Positions 7,953 through 18,726 of a stretch of DNA of 35,749 nt are shown here, in pieces. Each line of letters opens with the position of its first letter. The first letter of the stretch is position 1. The notes below the pieces were generated by a model that made no database searches, was not told the DNA's origin, and worked only from the letters and a program-made list of their open reading frames with translations. Source of the stretch: an uncultured Pseudomonadota bacterium (GTDB taxonomy: Bacteria; Pseudomonadota; Gammaproteobacteria; Methylococcales; Methylomonadaceae); the NCBI GenBank assembly GCA_903902945.1, contig CAIUWU010000097.1:1-35749 (forward strand), given 5' to 3'. The position numbers and the translations under genes are program-made.

Positions 7953-10127
7953 ATGAAAAGAATGCTTATCAACGCCACGCAGCCCGAAGAGTTGCGGGTG
8001 GCATTGGTAGATGGTCAGAAACTTTATGATTTTGACATCGAAGTTCCCTCCAAAGAACAAAAAAAATCCAATATTTACAAAGGCATCATTACCCGCGTCG
8101 AACCCAGTCTCGAAGCTGTCTTCGTCAATTACGGCGCAGAAAAGCATGGTTTCCTGCCGTTCAAGGAAATTGCCCCCGAATATAAGCTCGGAGACGGTGA
8201 AGAGGGCAAAACCCCCAGTAAAAACAATATCCATGAAGGTCAGGAAATCATCGTTCAGATTGAAAAAGAAGAACGGGGTAACAAAGGCGCGGCATTAACC
8301 ACCTATATCAGTCTGGCCGGTACCTATCTGGTTCTGATGCCGAATAACCCCAAAGCGGGCGGTATTTCCAGACGTATCGAAGGTGACAACCGCAACGAAC
8401 TGCGCGAAACCATGGCGGCTCTGGAAATTCCGGAAAGCATGGGCCTGATTATCCGTACTGCCGGTTCCGACAAAAATGTCGAAGAACTGCAATGGGACTT
8501 GAATTATCTGCTGCAACTATGGGAAGCGATTGATCGCTCCAGCAGCGAACAAAGCGCGCCGTTCTTAATTTTCCAGGAAAGCAATGTCATCATCCGCGCT
8601 CTGCGGGATCATTTGCGCGGCGATATCGATGAAATTCTGATTGACCAGGAAGGTGCTTTCAAACTGGCGCATAACTTCCTGAAACAGGTCATGCCGCACA
8701 ATCTGAATAAAGCCAAGCTGTATCAGGACAGTGTGCCCTTATTCAGCCGTTATCAGATCGAAACCCAGATCGAAATGGCCTACAAACGCGAAGTAACCTT
8801 GCCGTCCGGCGGTTCTATCGTCATTGACCACACTGAGGCACTGACCTCGATCGACATCAACTCGGCCCGGGCCACCAAGGGCAGTGATATCGAAGAAACC
8901 GCATTCAACACCAACCTGGAAGCTGCCGATGAAATTGCCCGTCAGCTGAGATTGCGTGATCTCGGTGGATTATTCGTGATCGATTTCATTGACATGATGT
9001 CCAATAAAAATCAGCGCGAAGTTGAAAATCGCTTACGTGATGCGCTGAAAATTGACCGTGCCCGGATTCAGACTGGCCGTATTTCCCGTTTTGGTCTGAT
9101 GGAAATGTCCAGACAGCGTCTGCGTCCATCACTGGGCGATGCCACCCAGCTGACCTGTCCGCGCTGTAAGGGTCAGGGTACGATTCGCAATGTCGAGTCA
9201 GTCACGCTGGCGGTGCTGCGGCTGATTGAAGAAGAAGCCATGAAAAAAGGCACCGAGCGAGTCATTGCTCATCTGCCGATTGATTGCGCCACCTTCCTGC
9301 TCAATGAAAAACGCGCGGCGATCCAGGATCTGGAAACTCGGCTCAATGTCAGCATTGTGGTATTGCCAAGCCGTCATATCGAAACCCCGGCTTATGACAT
9401 CGAGCGGATCAAATCTTTGGAAGGCACTGAAGACAAAAACAGTCATCAGTTCATTAAGGAAGAAGAAATTACATTACCGGAGTTTGTCAAACAGGGCGGA
9501 CCTAAACTCGAAAAAGCCGCCGTGAAAGAGTTTCTGCCCGATGCGCCGGCGCCGGTTCAGAACAAAAAGACCTCCAGCAGCCTGATTCAGCGATTTTGGC
9601 AAAAACTGGTTGGTAGCAAAGCGGCTGCCGAACCTGTCGAAGCCGCAGAGAAAAGCCGCGACGATAAACCCAGAGGTCGCAATGCCAACCGTCGTGAACG
9701 TTCCGGCCGTAATTCCCGTCGTAATAACGGCAACAAACGCAATCAGCCAAATCAGAATAACGCTGCCAATAATACCGAAGCACTGATTCCCGTCGAAGCC
9801 GCGCCCGTGGTGGTACCTACCGAGCCGGTGATCGAAGCTGCCGATAATGCGGCTGCAGAAGGTGCGGTTAAAAGTGAGCGTGGCCCGAGACGTGGCCGCA
9901 ACCGGCGTCGGGGTTCACGCGGTAACGGTGAACGACGCCAGGAAAATAACCAGAACCGTGAGCATGGTGGTTCAGATAATGGCACTGAGGCTTCCGGCCA
10001 TGAACAGGCGCCCGCTGAGCGTCACCATCATGCCGAGCGTCCGCAGCAACCAGAAGCAGCATCACCGACCGAATCCAAACCGGTGCAGTCGCCCCGCGAA
10101 TCGCCGTCGGATTCAGGCGCCGAGTAA
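7953..10127 (+). CDS. rne: Ribonuclease E
   Basis: [17 protein letters not shown] start with AAGGA RBS; S1 domain, IDINSAR, IDFIDM, Zn-link CPRC, amphipathic [11 protein letters not shown] helix, Arg-rich disordered tail; 724 aa. Confidence 0.97.
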   Translation: MKRMLINATQPEELRVALVDGQKLYDFDIEVPSKEQKKSNIYKGIITRVEPSLEAVFVNYGAEKHGFLPFKEIAPEYKLGDGEEGKTPSKNNIHEGQEIIVQIEKEERGNKGAALTTYISLAGTYLVLMPNNPKAGGISRRIEGDNRNELRETMAALEIPESMGLIIRTAGSDKNVEELQWDLNYLLQLWEAIDRSSSEQSAPFLIFQESNVIIRALRDHLRGDIDEILIDQEGAFKLAHNFLKQVMPHNLNKAKLYQDSVPLFSRYQIETQIEMAYKREVTLPSGGSIVIDHTEALTSIDINSARATKGSDIEETAFNTNLEAADEIARQLRLRDLGGLFVIDFIDMMSNKNQREVENRLRDALKIDRARIQTGRISRFGLMEMSRQRLRPSLGDATQLTCPRCKGQGTIRNVESVTLAVLRLIEEEAMKKGTERVIAHLPIDCATFLLNEKRAAIQDLETRLNVSIVVLPSRHIETPAYDIERIKSLEGTEDKNSHQFIKEEEITLPEFVKQGGPKLEKAAVKEFLPDAPAPVQNKKTSSSLIQRFWQKLVGSKAAAEPVEAAEKSRDDKPRGRNANRRERSGRNSRRNNGNKRNQPNQNNAANNTEALIPVEAAPVVVPTEPVIEAADNAAAEGAVKSERGPRRGRNRRRGSRGNGERRQENNQNREHGGSDNGTEASGHEQAPAERHHHAERPQQPEAASPTESKPVQSPRESPSDSGAE

Positions 10128-10140
10128 TCTGCCATCATCC

Positions 10141-10174
10141 ACTAGCGCGCCAGTTTCAACACTGGCGCGCTAGT
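10141..10174. terminator. Perfect 14-bp inverted repeat between convergent rne and dnaE
   Basis: ACTAGCGCGCCAGT-ttcaac-ACTGGCGCGCTAGT; no clear U-tract on either side. Confidence 0.65.
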
Positions 10175-10176
10175 CG

Positions 10177-13100
10177 CTATTTATATTTCACTGCAACGCT
10201 ATCAGCCGATAGCCAGCGTCTCAGTCTTATCAGCAATTCATCCGCTGGATTGACCCGCCACTGTTCGCCCAGTTGAATGGTTGCTTTGGCGCTTGCCGTC
10301 CGATATTCGAGAATAATCGGACATTGCCCGCCGCAAAACGGCTGCAGTGTGCTCTGCAGCTGCTCGATAAATGCCGGTTGTGCGGCGCCATCGGCATTCA
10401 GCCAGTCAATCACAATACCCCGGGCAAATGATTCTCTGGCTTGTTCCATGCTATATATTTTTTCTGCGGTCATCCGCAAGTTACCGGAAAAATCATCGAC
10501 AGCCAGAGCCCCCTCGCAAACCAGAATCCGGTCTTTGGCAATCAGATCGCGGTATTTATCGTAAACATTACTGAAGGCCGATACTTCCAGGCGTGCGGTT
10601 TTATCGTCGAGCATGGCAAACGCCATGGTCCGGCCCTGTTTGGTCTGTCGGGTACGAATATCCACCACCAACCCGGCAATTCGGCCTTCCATCCGGCCTT
10701 TGGAGCGTTCGGCATCGGCATGCAGGCTGGCAAGTGTGCCGTGCGTAATATGTTTTAATTCCGGCAGGTATTCGGCAATCGGATGGCCGGTCAGAAACAG
10801 TCCCAAAGTCTGTTTTTCGGCTTCCAGTTTGTCTTTTTCGCTCCAGGGTGCCACGGCGGTGGTGTAGGTTTCTGTATCGCCGGTCTCCAGGTCTTGAGAG
10901 TCGCCTTCCAGTCCGAACAAATCATTCTGGCCGGTCTGGGTCATTTTGCCGTGCTGTTCGGCAATTCGCAGAGCGGTGGTCAGTTCGGCCAGATGCGCGG
11001 CGCGGTTGGGATCGATGCTGTCCAGCGCACCGGCTTTGATTAACGCTTCCAAAACCCGGCGATTGACTTTGCGCAGATCGACTCGTTTGCATAAATCATA
11101 GAGGTCGGCAAAGGGGCCGTTGCCATCCCGTTCGGCCAGTAAATCTTCGATAGCCGATTCACCGACCCCTTTGATCGCGCCCATCCCATAGACGATCTGA
11201 TGCTGGTCGTTGACGGTAAAACGATAGTTAGAAATATTCAGATCCGGCGGACAGATGTCGAGTTTCATTTCCCGGCATTCTTCAATCAGCACGACTACTT
11301 TGTCGGTATTGTCCATATCGGAAGACATCACCGCCGCCATGAAGGCTGCTGGATAGTGGGCTTTCAGCCAGGCAGTCTGATAAGCGACTAGCGCATAAGC
11401 GGCCGAGTGCGATTTGTTAAAACCGTAGCCAGCGAACTTTTCCATCAGATCGAAGATGTAGGTCGCGATGCCTTCGTCGATCTGGTTATTGACCGCGCCG
11501 GTGGTAAAAATCTCCCGCTGTTTGGCCATTTCTTCGGGTTTTTTCTTACCCATCGCCCGCCGTAACATATCGGCGCCGCCCAGTGTATAACCGGCCATGT
11601 CGCGGGCAATCTGCATCACCTGTTCCTGATACAGAATAACGCCGTTGGTCGGTTTCAGGATCGGTTCCAGCAAGGGGTGCGCATATTCAGCCTTGGCGCC
11701 GTGTTTGACGTTGATATAGTCATCAACCATCCCGGATTCGAGCGGGCCGGGACGAAACAATGCCACCAGTGCAATGATGTCGTCGAAACAATCGGGTTTC
11801 AGTTTTTTGATCAGTTCTTTCATGCCGCGCGACTCCAGCTGGAAGACGGCGGTGGTTTGCGCGTTTTTCAGTAATTCATAGCTATCGGCATCGTCACGCG
11901 GAATCTGACTGATGTCGATCGGCTGCAGTCCTTCTTGCTGGCGTCGGCTGTTAATGGTCTTCAGCGCCCAGTCGATGATGGTCAGGGTACGCAGCCCAAG
12001 GAAGTCGAACTTGACCAGCCCCACCGCTTCGACATCATCTTTGTCGAACTGGGTTACCAGATTGCCGCCGCCCTGCTCGCAGTAAAGCGGGGCAAAATCG
12101 GTCAGCTTGCTGGGCGAAATCACCACGCCGCCGGCATGTTTGCCGGCATTACGCGAAATGCCTTCCAGCGAACGGGCCATATCGATCAGAGCTTTGACAT
12201 CTTCTTCGGTTTCATAGGCGGTTTTCAGGTCGGGGCTTTCCTGTAAGGCCTTTTCCAGCGTCATGCCGATTTCAAACGGAATCAGCTTGGCCAGACGGTC
12301 AACAAAGCCATAAGCAAAGCCCATCACCCGTCCCACATCGCGAATTACCGCTTTGGCGGCCATAGAGCCGTAGGTGATGATTTGCGAGACATGATCGCGG
12401 CCATAGTGGCGGGCAACGTAGTCGATCACTTCGTCGCGGCGGTCCATGCAAAAGTCGATATCGAAATCGGGCATCGAAACCCGTTCAGGGTTCAGGAAGC
12501 GCTCGAACAGCAGGTCAAATTCGATCGGATCGAGGTCGGTAATTTTCAGCGCATAGGCCACCAGCGAACCGGCCCCGGAGCCACGACCTGGTCCTACCGG
12601 AATATCATTGTTTTTGGCCCATTGGATGAAGTCGGCCACGATCATGAAATAGCCGGGAAATCCCATCTGACAGATCACGTCCAGTTCAATCTCCAGGCGC
12701 TGATCATAAACTTGCCGGTTGTCGTCAAAGCTGCCTTTGCCAACTGGCGGATACTGCTGCAAGCGTTGTTCCAGGCCGGCGCGCGACGCTTGTTTGAAAT
12801 AATCGTCCAGCGTCATGCCCGCCGGTACCGGGAAATCGGGTAAATAGTTTTCACCCAAGGTCAGTTCGACGTTGCAGCGTTTGGCGATTTCGACACTGTT
12901 GGCCAGCGCTTCGGGAATATCAGCGAACAGTTCTGCCATTTCTGCAGCGCTGCGCAGATATTGCTGATCGGTATAATCGCGCGGGCGGCGACTGTCATCC
13001 AGTACCCGGCCTTGGTGGATGCAGACCCGAACCTCGTGGGCATCGAAATCGCTTTGATCGATAAAGCGGACATCGTTGGTGGCCACCACCGGCAGATCCA

Positions 13101-13671
13101 GTTCGTCCGCCAGTTCCACGGCCAGTTTGATATAGCGTTCCTGATCGTTTTTACCGACCCGCTGTAATTCCAGATAAAAGCTGTCGGGAAACAGTTGCTT
13201 CCAATCGTTTGCCAGTTGCCTGGCGAGTGGGTGGTTTTCAGCCAGCAACGCTTGACCGATGTCGCCTTCCATTGCTCCGGATAGCGCTATCAGGCCGCTA
13301 TGATTATCGACTAGCCATTGGCGCTGCAGCATCGGAATGCCCTGATGCTGGCCATGCTGATAGCCTTGGGAAATCAGTTCGGTCAGCGTGATATAGCCGG
13401 TTTGATTGCGAGCCAACAATGTCAGCCTGAACGGTGAAGCCGGTTCATCGGGGTTAAACAGCCAGACATCGGCGCCGATCAGCGGTTTGATGCCAGCGCC
13501 CTGGGCCGCTTTGTAAAATTTGACCAGCGAGAACAGATTGCTTTGTTCGGTCAGTGCTGCCGCCGGAATCTTGCGCTCGGCCAGTTTCTTGACCAATGGC
13601 TTGATACGGACGATGCCGTCGACCAGCGAAAACTCGCTGTGGATACGCAGATGAACAAAGCGGGTTGTCAT
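10177..13671 (-). CDS. dnaE: DNA polymerase III subunit alpha
   Basis: [18 protein letters not shown] start, [32 protein letters not shown]; 1164 aa, no intein-sized insertion. Confidence 0.98.
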   Translation of the reverse strand: MTTRFVHLRIHSEFSLVDGIVRIKPLVKKLAERKIPAAALTEQSNLFSLVKFYKAAQGAGIKPLIGADVWLFNPDEPASPFRLTLLARNQTGYITLTELISQGYQHGQHQGIPMLQRQWLVDNHSGLIALSGAMEGDIGQALLAENHPLARQLANDWKQLFPDSFYLELQRVGKNDQERYIKLAVELADELDLPVVATNDVRFIDQSDFDAHEVRVCIHQGRVLDDSRRPRDYTDQQYLRSAAEMAELFADIPEALANSVEIAKRCNVELTLGENYLPDFPVPAGMTLDDYFKQASRAGLEQRLQQYPPVGKGSFDDNRQVYDQRLEIELDVICQMGFPGYFMIVADFIQWAKNNDIPVGPGRGSGAGSLVAYALKITDLDPIEFDLLFERFLNPERVSMPDFDIDFCMDRRDEVIDYVARHYGRDHVSQIITYGSMAAKAVIRDVGRVMGFAYGFVDRLAKLIPFEIGMTLEKALQESPDLKTAYETEEDVKALIDMARSLEGISRNAGKHAGGVVISPSKLTDFAPLYCEQGGGNLVTQFDKDDVEAVGLVKFDFLGLRTLTIIDWALKTINSRRQQEGLQPIDISQIPRDDADSYELLKNAQTTAVFQLESRGMKELIKKLKPDCFDDIIALVALFRPGPLESGMVDDYINVKHGAKAEYAHPLLEPILKPTNGVILYQEQVMQIARDMAGYTLGGADMLRRAMGKKKPEEMAKQREIFTTGAVNNQIDEGIATYIFDLMEKFAGYGFNKSHSAAYALVAYQTAWLKAHYPAAFMAAVMSSDMDNTDKVVVLIEECREMKLDICPPDLNISNYRFTVNDQHQIVYGMGAIKGVGESAIEDLLAERDGNGPFADLYDLCKRVDLRKVNRRVLEALIKAGALDSIDPNRAAHLAELTTALRIAEQHGKMTQTGQNDLFGLEGDSQDLETGDTETYTTAVAPWSEKDKLEAEKQTLGLFLTGHPIAEYLPELKHITHGTLASLHADAERSKGRMEGRIAGLVVDIRTRQTKQGRTMAFAMLDDKTARLEVSAFSNVYDKYRDLIAKDRILVCEGALAVDDFSGNLRMTAEKIYSMEQARESFARGIVIDWLNADGAAQPAFIEQLQSTLQPFCGGQCPIILEYRTASAKATIQLGEQWRVNPADELLIRLRRWLSADSVAVKYK

Positions 13672-14264
13672 AGAACGGCTAATACTTTTTTAACGGGCGC
13701 AAATGATCGTCTGTGCTGAGGGCAGGGGCCGAGGCGTTGCAAGGCGGTTAAGTGATCTTTAGTCGGATAGCCTTTATGGCTGGCCAGCTGATAACCGGGA
13801 TAGAGCCGGTCGAGGATCAGCATTTCTTCATCACGGGCGACTTTGGCCACAATCGAGGCGGCAGAAATTTCGGCAACCACTAAATCGCCTCCGATGATGG
13901 CTTCTGCCGGGTAAGCAAAGGCAGGTAACTGATTGCCATCGACCTTGATCCGGTCCGGTGGCAGTGACAGTTGTGAAACGGCGCGCTGCATGGCCAGTAG
14001 GCTGGCTTGCAGAATGTTGATAGTGTCTATTTCACTGGCTTCGGCGCGGCCAATCGCCCAGCATAAGGCCGATGCTTTGATTTGTGCGGCCAGTAGCTGG
14101 CGTTTTTGGGGGCTGAGTTTTTTGGAGTCGGTCAGTCCGGCAATCGGGCGGTCCGGATCGAGAATTACCGCAGCGGCGACTACCGGACCAATGATGCAGC
14201 CACGTCCGACCTCATCGACACCGGCGATCAGGCGGGATTTAGCGCAGGATGCCGCGGGTGACAT
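13668..14264 (-). CDS. rnhB: Ribonuclease HII
   Basis: [43 protein letters not shown]. The nearest in-frame ATG (14264) lies inside the 3' end of lpxA, so the start is uncertain. Confidence 0.93.
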   Translation of the reverse strand: MSPAASCAKSRLIAGVDEVGRGCIIGPVVAAAVILDPDRPIAGLTDSKKLSPQKRQLLAAQIKASALCWAIGRAEASEIDTINILQASLLAMQRAVSQLSLPPDRIKVDGNQLPAFAYPAEAIIGGDLVVAEISAASIVAKVARDEEMLILDRLYPGYQLASHKGYPTKDHLTALQRLGPCPQHRRSFAPVKKVLAVL

Positions 14265-15009
14265 TGCGCAGGAAGCTAACCATATTGGATAGTTCGTTAC
14301 TTTCGCCGGCCATGTCTTCCATTTCTTCAATCGCATCTTCGAGACGCAGATTGTTTTTATAGAGAATTTTGTAAGCCTTGCGAATCTGGCGAATGACTTC
14401 GGGCGATTTGCCGTGGCGTTCCATGCCGACTGAATTGATGCCGTGCGGACGGGTCGGACGACCACCGACCATGACATAAGGCGGAATATCCTGGGTAATC
14501 GCGCTGCCCATCGCCGCGAAACTGAATTCACCGATCTGGGTAAACTGATGCACCAGGGTAAAGCCGCCGAGAATGGCGTGGTCATCTAAATGCACATGAC
14601 CGGCAATTGAGGCGCCATTGGCCATAATGACATGGCTGCCTACCACGCAGTCATGAGCGACATGGGTATAGGCCATGAACAGGTTGTCATTACCGATTTC
14701 GGTAACCCCCTGATCTTGCTGGGTGCCGCGGTGCATGGTGCAGAATTCGCGAATTACGTTGCGGTCGCCGATTTCCAGCCGAGTAATTTCGTCAGCGTAT
14801 TTTTTGTCCTGAGGATCTTCACCGATCGAGGCAAACTGGTAAATGACGTTATCTTTACCGATAGTGGTTGGCCCGTTGATAACGACATGGGGGCCGATTT
14901 CGGTGCCCGCATCGATCTGTACGTCGGGGCCTATGATGCTGAACGGGCCGACTTTGACGTCGGGGGCCAGTTCGGCATTGATATGAACGATAGCCCGAGG
15001 ATCAATCAT
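14239..15009 (-). CDS. lpxA: Acyl-ACP--UDP-N-acetylglucosamine O-acyltransferase
   Basis: Hexapeptide repeats, [29 protein letters not shown]-terminal RGILR. Confidence 0.97.
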   Translation of the reverse strand: MIDPRAIVHINAELAPDVKVGPFSIIGPDVQIDAGTEIGPHVVINGPTTIGKDNVIYQFASIGEDPQDKKYADEITRLEIGDRNVIREFCTMHRGTQQDQGVTEIGNDNLFMAYTHVAHDCVVGSHVIMANGASIAGHVHLDDHAILGGFTLVHQFTQIGEFSFAAMGSAITQDIPPYVMVGGRPTRPHGINSVGMERHGKSPEVIRQIRKAYKILYKNNLRLEDAIEEMEDMAGESNELSNMVSFLRNVTRGILR

Positions 15010-15451
15010 TTTTCACCATGGCGGCACACATGATCTGCGCACTGGCTGCCAGTTCGCCCTCAACTTCCGCTTTACAGTCAAAAGACCAGATGTTGCGTTT
15101 GTTTTTGATGCAGGTGACTTCCAGTTTCAGCTGGTCGCCAGGGCCTACCGGCCGCTTGAAGCGGGCATTGTCGATGCCGGCCAGATAGTAAGTCATGCCT
15201 TTACCCAACGATTCATCGCTCAAGGCCGCGAGCAGGCCGGTGGCCTGTGCCAGCGCTTCCATGATCAGCACACCCGGAAAAATCGGCAAATGTGGGAAAT
15301 GGCCCTGAAAGAACGGCTCGTTGAAACTGACGTTTTTGATGCCGACCAAACGAACCCCAGGCTCACATTCGATGACCCGATCCACCAATAAAAATGGATA
15401 GCGATGTGGCAGATATTCCTGAATTTGTAATATGTCGAGTGTGATAGTCAT
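15002..15451 (-). CDS. fabZ: 3-hydroxyacyl-ACP dehydratase FabZ
   Basis: [33 protein letters not shown]; ATG at 15451. Confidence 0.97.
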   Translation of the reverse strand: MTITLDILQIQEYLPHRYPFLLVDRVIECEPGVRLVGIKNVSFNEPFFQGHFPHLPIFPGVLIMEALAQATGLLAALSDESLGKGMTYYLAGIDNARFKRPVGPGDQLKLEVTCIKNKRNIWSFDCKAEVEGELAASAQIMCAAMVKND

Positions 15452-15555
15452 TTTGATAGGCAAAACGCGTTGGGAAGGGTGGCAGCCAGTCTCAATTAAC
15501 AATCGGACCGGCTGTCAAGCAGGGCGGGATCGACGCTGCAATCCCGCGTCTGGAT

Positions 15556-16062
15556 TTATTGAGACAGAGTTTCTAGTTTTTGTTGCACACGGCTGGTAAC
15601 GTCGATTTGATCGTTCGCGTAGATAACGCCGTCGGTCAGCAATAAATCAAAAGATTCTTCTTTCGCCAGTGCTCTGACGGCTTCAACGATACGTTTTTGC
15701 AAATTGCCCAGCTCTTCGTTTCTGCGCATGTTGAAGTCTTCGCTGAATTCTTGCTGTGCTCTGGCTGCATCACGTTTCTTTTCAAGCAGATCTTTTTCCA
15801 GTCTGCGGCGCTCTTCGTCGCCCATCACTGCACTGTCACGCCCCAGTTTGTCTTCCAGAGTTTTGATTTCTTTCTGTTGTGAAACTAATGCTTTGTCGCG
15901 CGGCGAGAATTCGGTTTCCAGTCTGGTTTTGGCTTTGGCGGCCTGTGGCGCTTTTTCCAGAACTTTGGCGACATTGACAAATCCGATTTTCAAATCGCCC
16001 GCTGCGTAGCTGGTTCCAGCAGCCAACATCAGCATTAAAAACAACGAAATTTTATTTTTCAT
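15556..16062 (-). CDS. skp: Skp/OmpH periplasmic chaperone
   Basis: Signal peptide, KIGFVNV, coiled-coil body, DVTSRV terminus; directly downstream of bamA; alternative ATG at 16074. Confidence 0.93.
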   Translation of the reverse strand: MKNKISLFLMLMLAAGTSYAAGDLKIGFVNVAKVLEKAPQAAKAKTRLETEFSPRDKALVSQQKEIKTLEDKLGRDSAVMGDEERRRLEKDLLEKKRDAARAQQEFSEDFNMRRNEELGNLQKRIVEAVRALAKEESFDLLLTDGVIYANDQIDVTSRVQQKLETLSQ

Positions 16063-16148
16063 GTGTATAACCATCTCCGGGTTAGTTTTTTAGGGGGGGT
16101 AAAGATAAAACTGGTCGGGATTATAAGATAAAAAGTGATCAGACAAAA

Positions 16149-18566
16149 TTAAAATCCCGAGCCGAAGGTAAATTGAAAGGCCTGGGTTCTGTCAGTACTT
16201 TCCGAATTCAGTGGTCGGGCAACGCTGACGGCTAATGCGCCGAAAGGCGACAACCATTCACCGGATAAACCGGCTGAGTAGCGGAAGTAGCAAGTGAGTT
16301 CGCTTTTGCCATAGCAAGGGTCGCTTTGATTATCAACCGTTTTGAAACCGTTGGCCAAAGTACCGGCATCAAGGAAAGTTCCGACTCGTACCGATTTCAT
16401 GTCGCTGAGAAACGGTACCGGGAAAAACAGTTCGGCTTTGGCGATGACCTTGGTCGAGCCGCCGAAAGGTCTTGCGACACCATAGTTATAGCTAGTATTG
16501 GCAGGATTATCATCTCGAGGTCCCATGGTGTTCTGCATGAAGCCCCTTACGTCACCGGTACCACCGGCATAATAGTTTTCGAAGAATGGCAGGCCCGATG
16601 ATTTGCCGTAACCACCGCCATGAGCGACTTCGCCGAGTACACGGAAGGTAAAGTCATTGGATAAAGGGAAGAAATGCTGGTGTTTATAGCCGACTTTGAA
16701 ATATTCCAGATTACCGACAGGAGCGGTGATCAGGCCTGATAACCTTTGCTGACCGCCTTTGGTCGAGAAGGTAGCTCTGTCTAGCGTGTCATGGGTCCAG
16801 CCGGTAGCAAATGAAATTGTTTTAAACGTAGAAGAAGCATAAGGCACTATAGTGGCACCTGTAATTGGGTCTGTTGTGCCGCAAGTAGTATTGTTTTGGT
16901 GACTTAATTCAAAAATTGAATTAATAACCTTACAAGAAGATATGGTCGAAGAGGTCACTTCAGTATTCTTGAAATCCACATCAAACCCAAGTCGGTCAAA
17001 CTCATTCAGCGGGATGCCGAAATTCATGCCGGCATTGGCAATATTGGTGTTATAGCTGGCCAGGTTAGCGGCGTAAGCATTACGTTTCATGTAACCCAGG
17101 TTATAGCCCAGCGACACGCCGTCCAGGGTAAAGTAAGGGTCAGTAAAGCCCAAATTGTAACGGGTTAGGATTTGGCTGTTGTTAAAGGCGAAATCCAGCC
17201 GTTTGCCGGTACCGAAAATATTGTCCTGCGAGACGTTGGCATTAAAGATGATGCCTTGTACCTGTGAATAACCGACACCGGCTGACAGGTTGCCGGAAGC
17301 TTTTTCTTTGATCGTGTAATTGACATCGATCTGGTCGGCAGAGCCAACCACCGGTGGTGTTTCCACGCCCACTTCTTCGAAATAGCCCAGACGGTCAAGA
17401 CGGGTTTTGGAGCGTTCGATTTTGCTGCTGGCCGCCCAGGCCGATTCCATTTGCCGCATTTCCCGACGCACTACTTCATCACGAGTTTTGGTATTGCCCT
17501 TGATATTGATGCGGCGCACATAAACCCGCTTGCCGGGGTCGACGAAGAAGGTCATGGTGACGGTTTTTTGCGCTTCGTGGATTTCGGGCACCATGTTGAC
17601 GTTGGCAAAGGTATAACCTTCATCGCCCAAACGATCAGAAATGGCTTTGGATGTATCCGTGGCGTTTTTACGCGAGAAGATTTCGCCGGGACCGACTTTG
17701 ACCAGTTTGATCAGCTCTTCGGGAGCAACGATCAGATCGCCGGTCAGTTTGACTTTATCCAGGTTATACACATCACCTTCTTTGACATTGATGGTGATGT
17801 AGATTTCTTTTTTGTCAGCGGTGATATCCACCTGCGTCGATTCAATCGAGAAATTGATATAACCACGGTCTAAATAATACGAACGCAGTTTTTCCAGATC
17901 GGCCGACAGCTTTTGTTTGGAATACTGATCGTCTTTGGAATAAAACGATAAAAAGTTGGTGGTATTCAGTTCAAAGTCTTTCTTGATCTGCTCAGCGCTA
18001 AAGGCATGATTGCCAACGATGTTGATCTGCTTGATCTTGGCAACCTTACCCTCGGAAATTTGGATATTGATGCCGACGCGGTTACGGGTCAGTTCAGAAA
18101 TTTCGGTTTTGATTTTCAGGCCGTATTTGCCATGACTGAAATACTGGCGGCGTAATTCCTGCTCAACCTTATCGAGAATCTGTTTGTTATAAACTTTACC
18201 CTCGGCCAGACCGATCTTTTTCAGCGCTTCGCTAAGATCTTCTTTTTTGATGTCTTTATTGCCTTCAATGACAATTTTGGCTACCGAAGGGCGCTCAACT
18301 ACATTCACTACCAGGGTGCTGCCTTCACGCTCCAGGCTGATGTCTTTGAAGAAGCCGGTATTGAACAGCGCACGAACCGCTTCGGCCTGTTTTTCTTCAG
18401 CGAAACGTTCACCAATATTGATTGGTAAATAGTTGTAGACAGTTCCCGCAGAAATTCTTTGCAGACCTCTTACCTGAATGTCTTCAACTATGAAACTGCT
18501 AGCCTCGGCAATTGGGCTCGCCAGCATACTCATCAACAGAATTTGAAAAAGCGGTTTTTTGTTCAC
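16149..18566 (-). CDS. bamA: Outer membrane protein assembly factor BamA
   Basis: Signal peptide, POTRA domains (IQVRGLQRIS, GNTKTRDEVVRRE), VRGF loop-6 motif, C-terminal FQFTFGSGF; start GTG 18566 or TTG 18578. Confidence 0.97.
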   Translation of the reverse strand: MNKKPLFQILLMSMLASPIAEASSFIVEDIQVRGLQRISAGTVYNYLPINIGERFAEEKQAEAVRALFNTGFFKDISLEREGSTLVVNVVERPSVAKIVIEGNKDIKKEDLSEALKKIGLAEGKVYNKQILDKVEQELRRQYFSHGKYGLKIKTEISELTRNRVGINIQISEGKVAKIKQINIVGNHAFSAEQIKKDFELNTTNFLSFYSKDDQYSKQKLSADLEKLRSYYLDRGYINFSIESTQVDITADKKEIYITINVKEGDVYNLDKVKLTGDLIVAPEELIKLVKVGPGEIFSRKNATDTSKAISDRLGDEGYTFANVNMVPEIHEAQKTVTMTFFVDPGKRVYVRRINIKGNTKTRDEVVRREMRQMESAWAASSKIERSKTRLDRLGYFEEVGVETPPVVGSADQIDVNYTIKEKASGNLSAGVGYSQVQGIIFNANVSQDNIFGTGKRLDFAFNNSQILTRYNLGFTDPYFTLDGVSLGYNLGYMKRNAYAANLASYNTNIANAGMNFGIPLNEFDRLGFDVDFKNTEVTSSTISSCKVINSIFELSHQNNTTCGTTDPITGATIVPYASSTFKTISFATGWTHDTLDRATFSTKGGQQRLSGLITAPVGNLEYFKVGYKHQHFFPLSNDFTFRVLGEVAHGGGYGKSSGLPFFENYYAGGTGDVRGFMQNTMGPRDDNPANTSYNYGVARPFGGSTKVIAKAELFFPVPFLSDMKSVRVGTFLDAGTLANGFKTVDNQSDPCYGKSELTCYFRYSAGLSGEWLSPFGALAVSVARPLNSESTDRTQAFQFTFGSGF

Positions 18567-18595
18567 GCACTCAACCAAGGAAAATTAACGGCGAA

Positions 18596-18604
18596 ATTGT
18601 ATCA
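18596..18604 (-). promoter_or_regulatory. Possible extended -10 promoter for bamA
   Basis: TGATACAAT on the minus strand about 30 nt upstream of the start; no good -35. Confidence 0.35.
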
Positions 18605-18726
18605 CGCCGATTACCAAATCCAGTGTTTTGTCTCCCTAATTGTTGCTTTTGCTGGGCATGACAATTGACTGAAAACTGAAAGTAAAAAATCAACATCTGT
18701 TCGAATGTCATTGGTTTTAAACAGAT

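Noticed and set aside
7784-7978. 64-aa minus-strand ORF and GTG extension of rne in the leader
   Set aside because: No coding signal; overlaps the rne RBS and start; better explained as UTR
8059-8066. A8 run in rne
   Set aside because: In frame, encodes the conserved EQKK segment of an essential gene
10177-13671. Intein or split in dnaE
   Set aside because: Normal length and contiguous polymerase motifs
14265-14585. 107-codon upstream extension of the rnhB frame inside lpxA (possible frameshift fusion)
   Set aside because: No slippery site seen, the extension looks like off-frame sequence, and LpxA has its normal C-terminus
16086-16099. T6-A-G7 homopolymers between bamA and skp as a phase-variation site
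   Set aside because: Runs are short, intergenic and not within a recognisable promoter spacer
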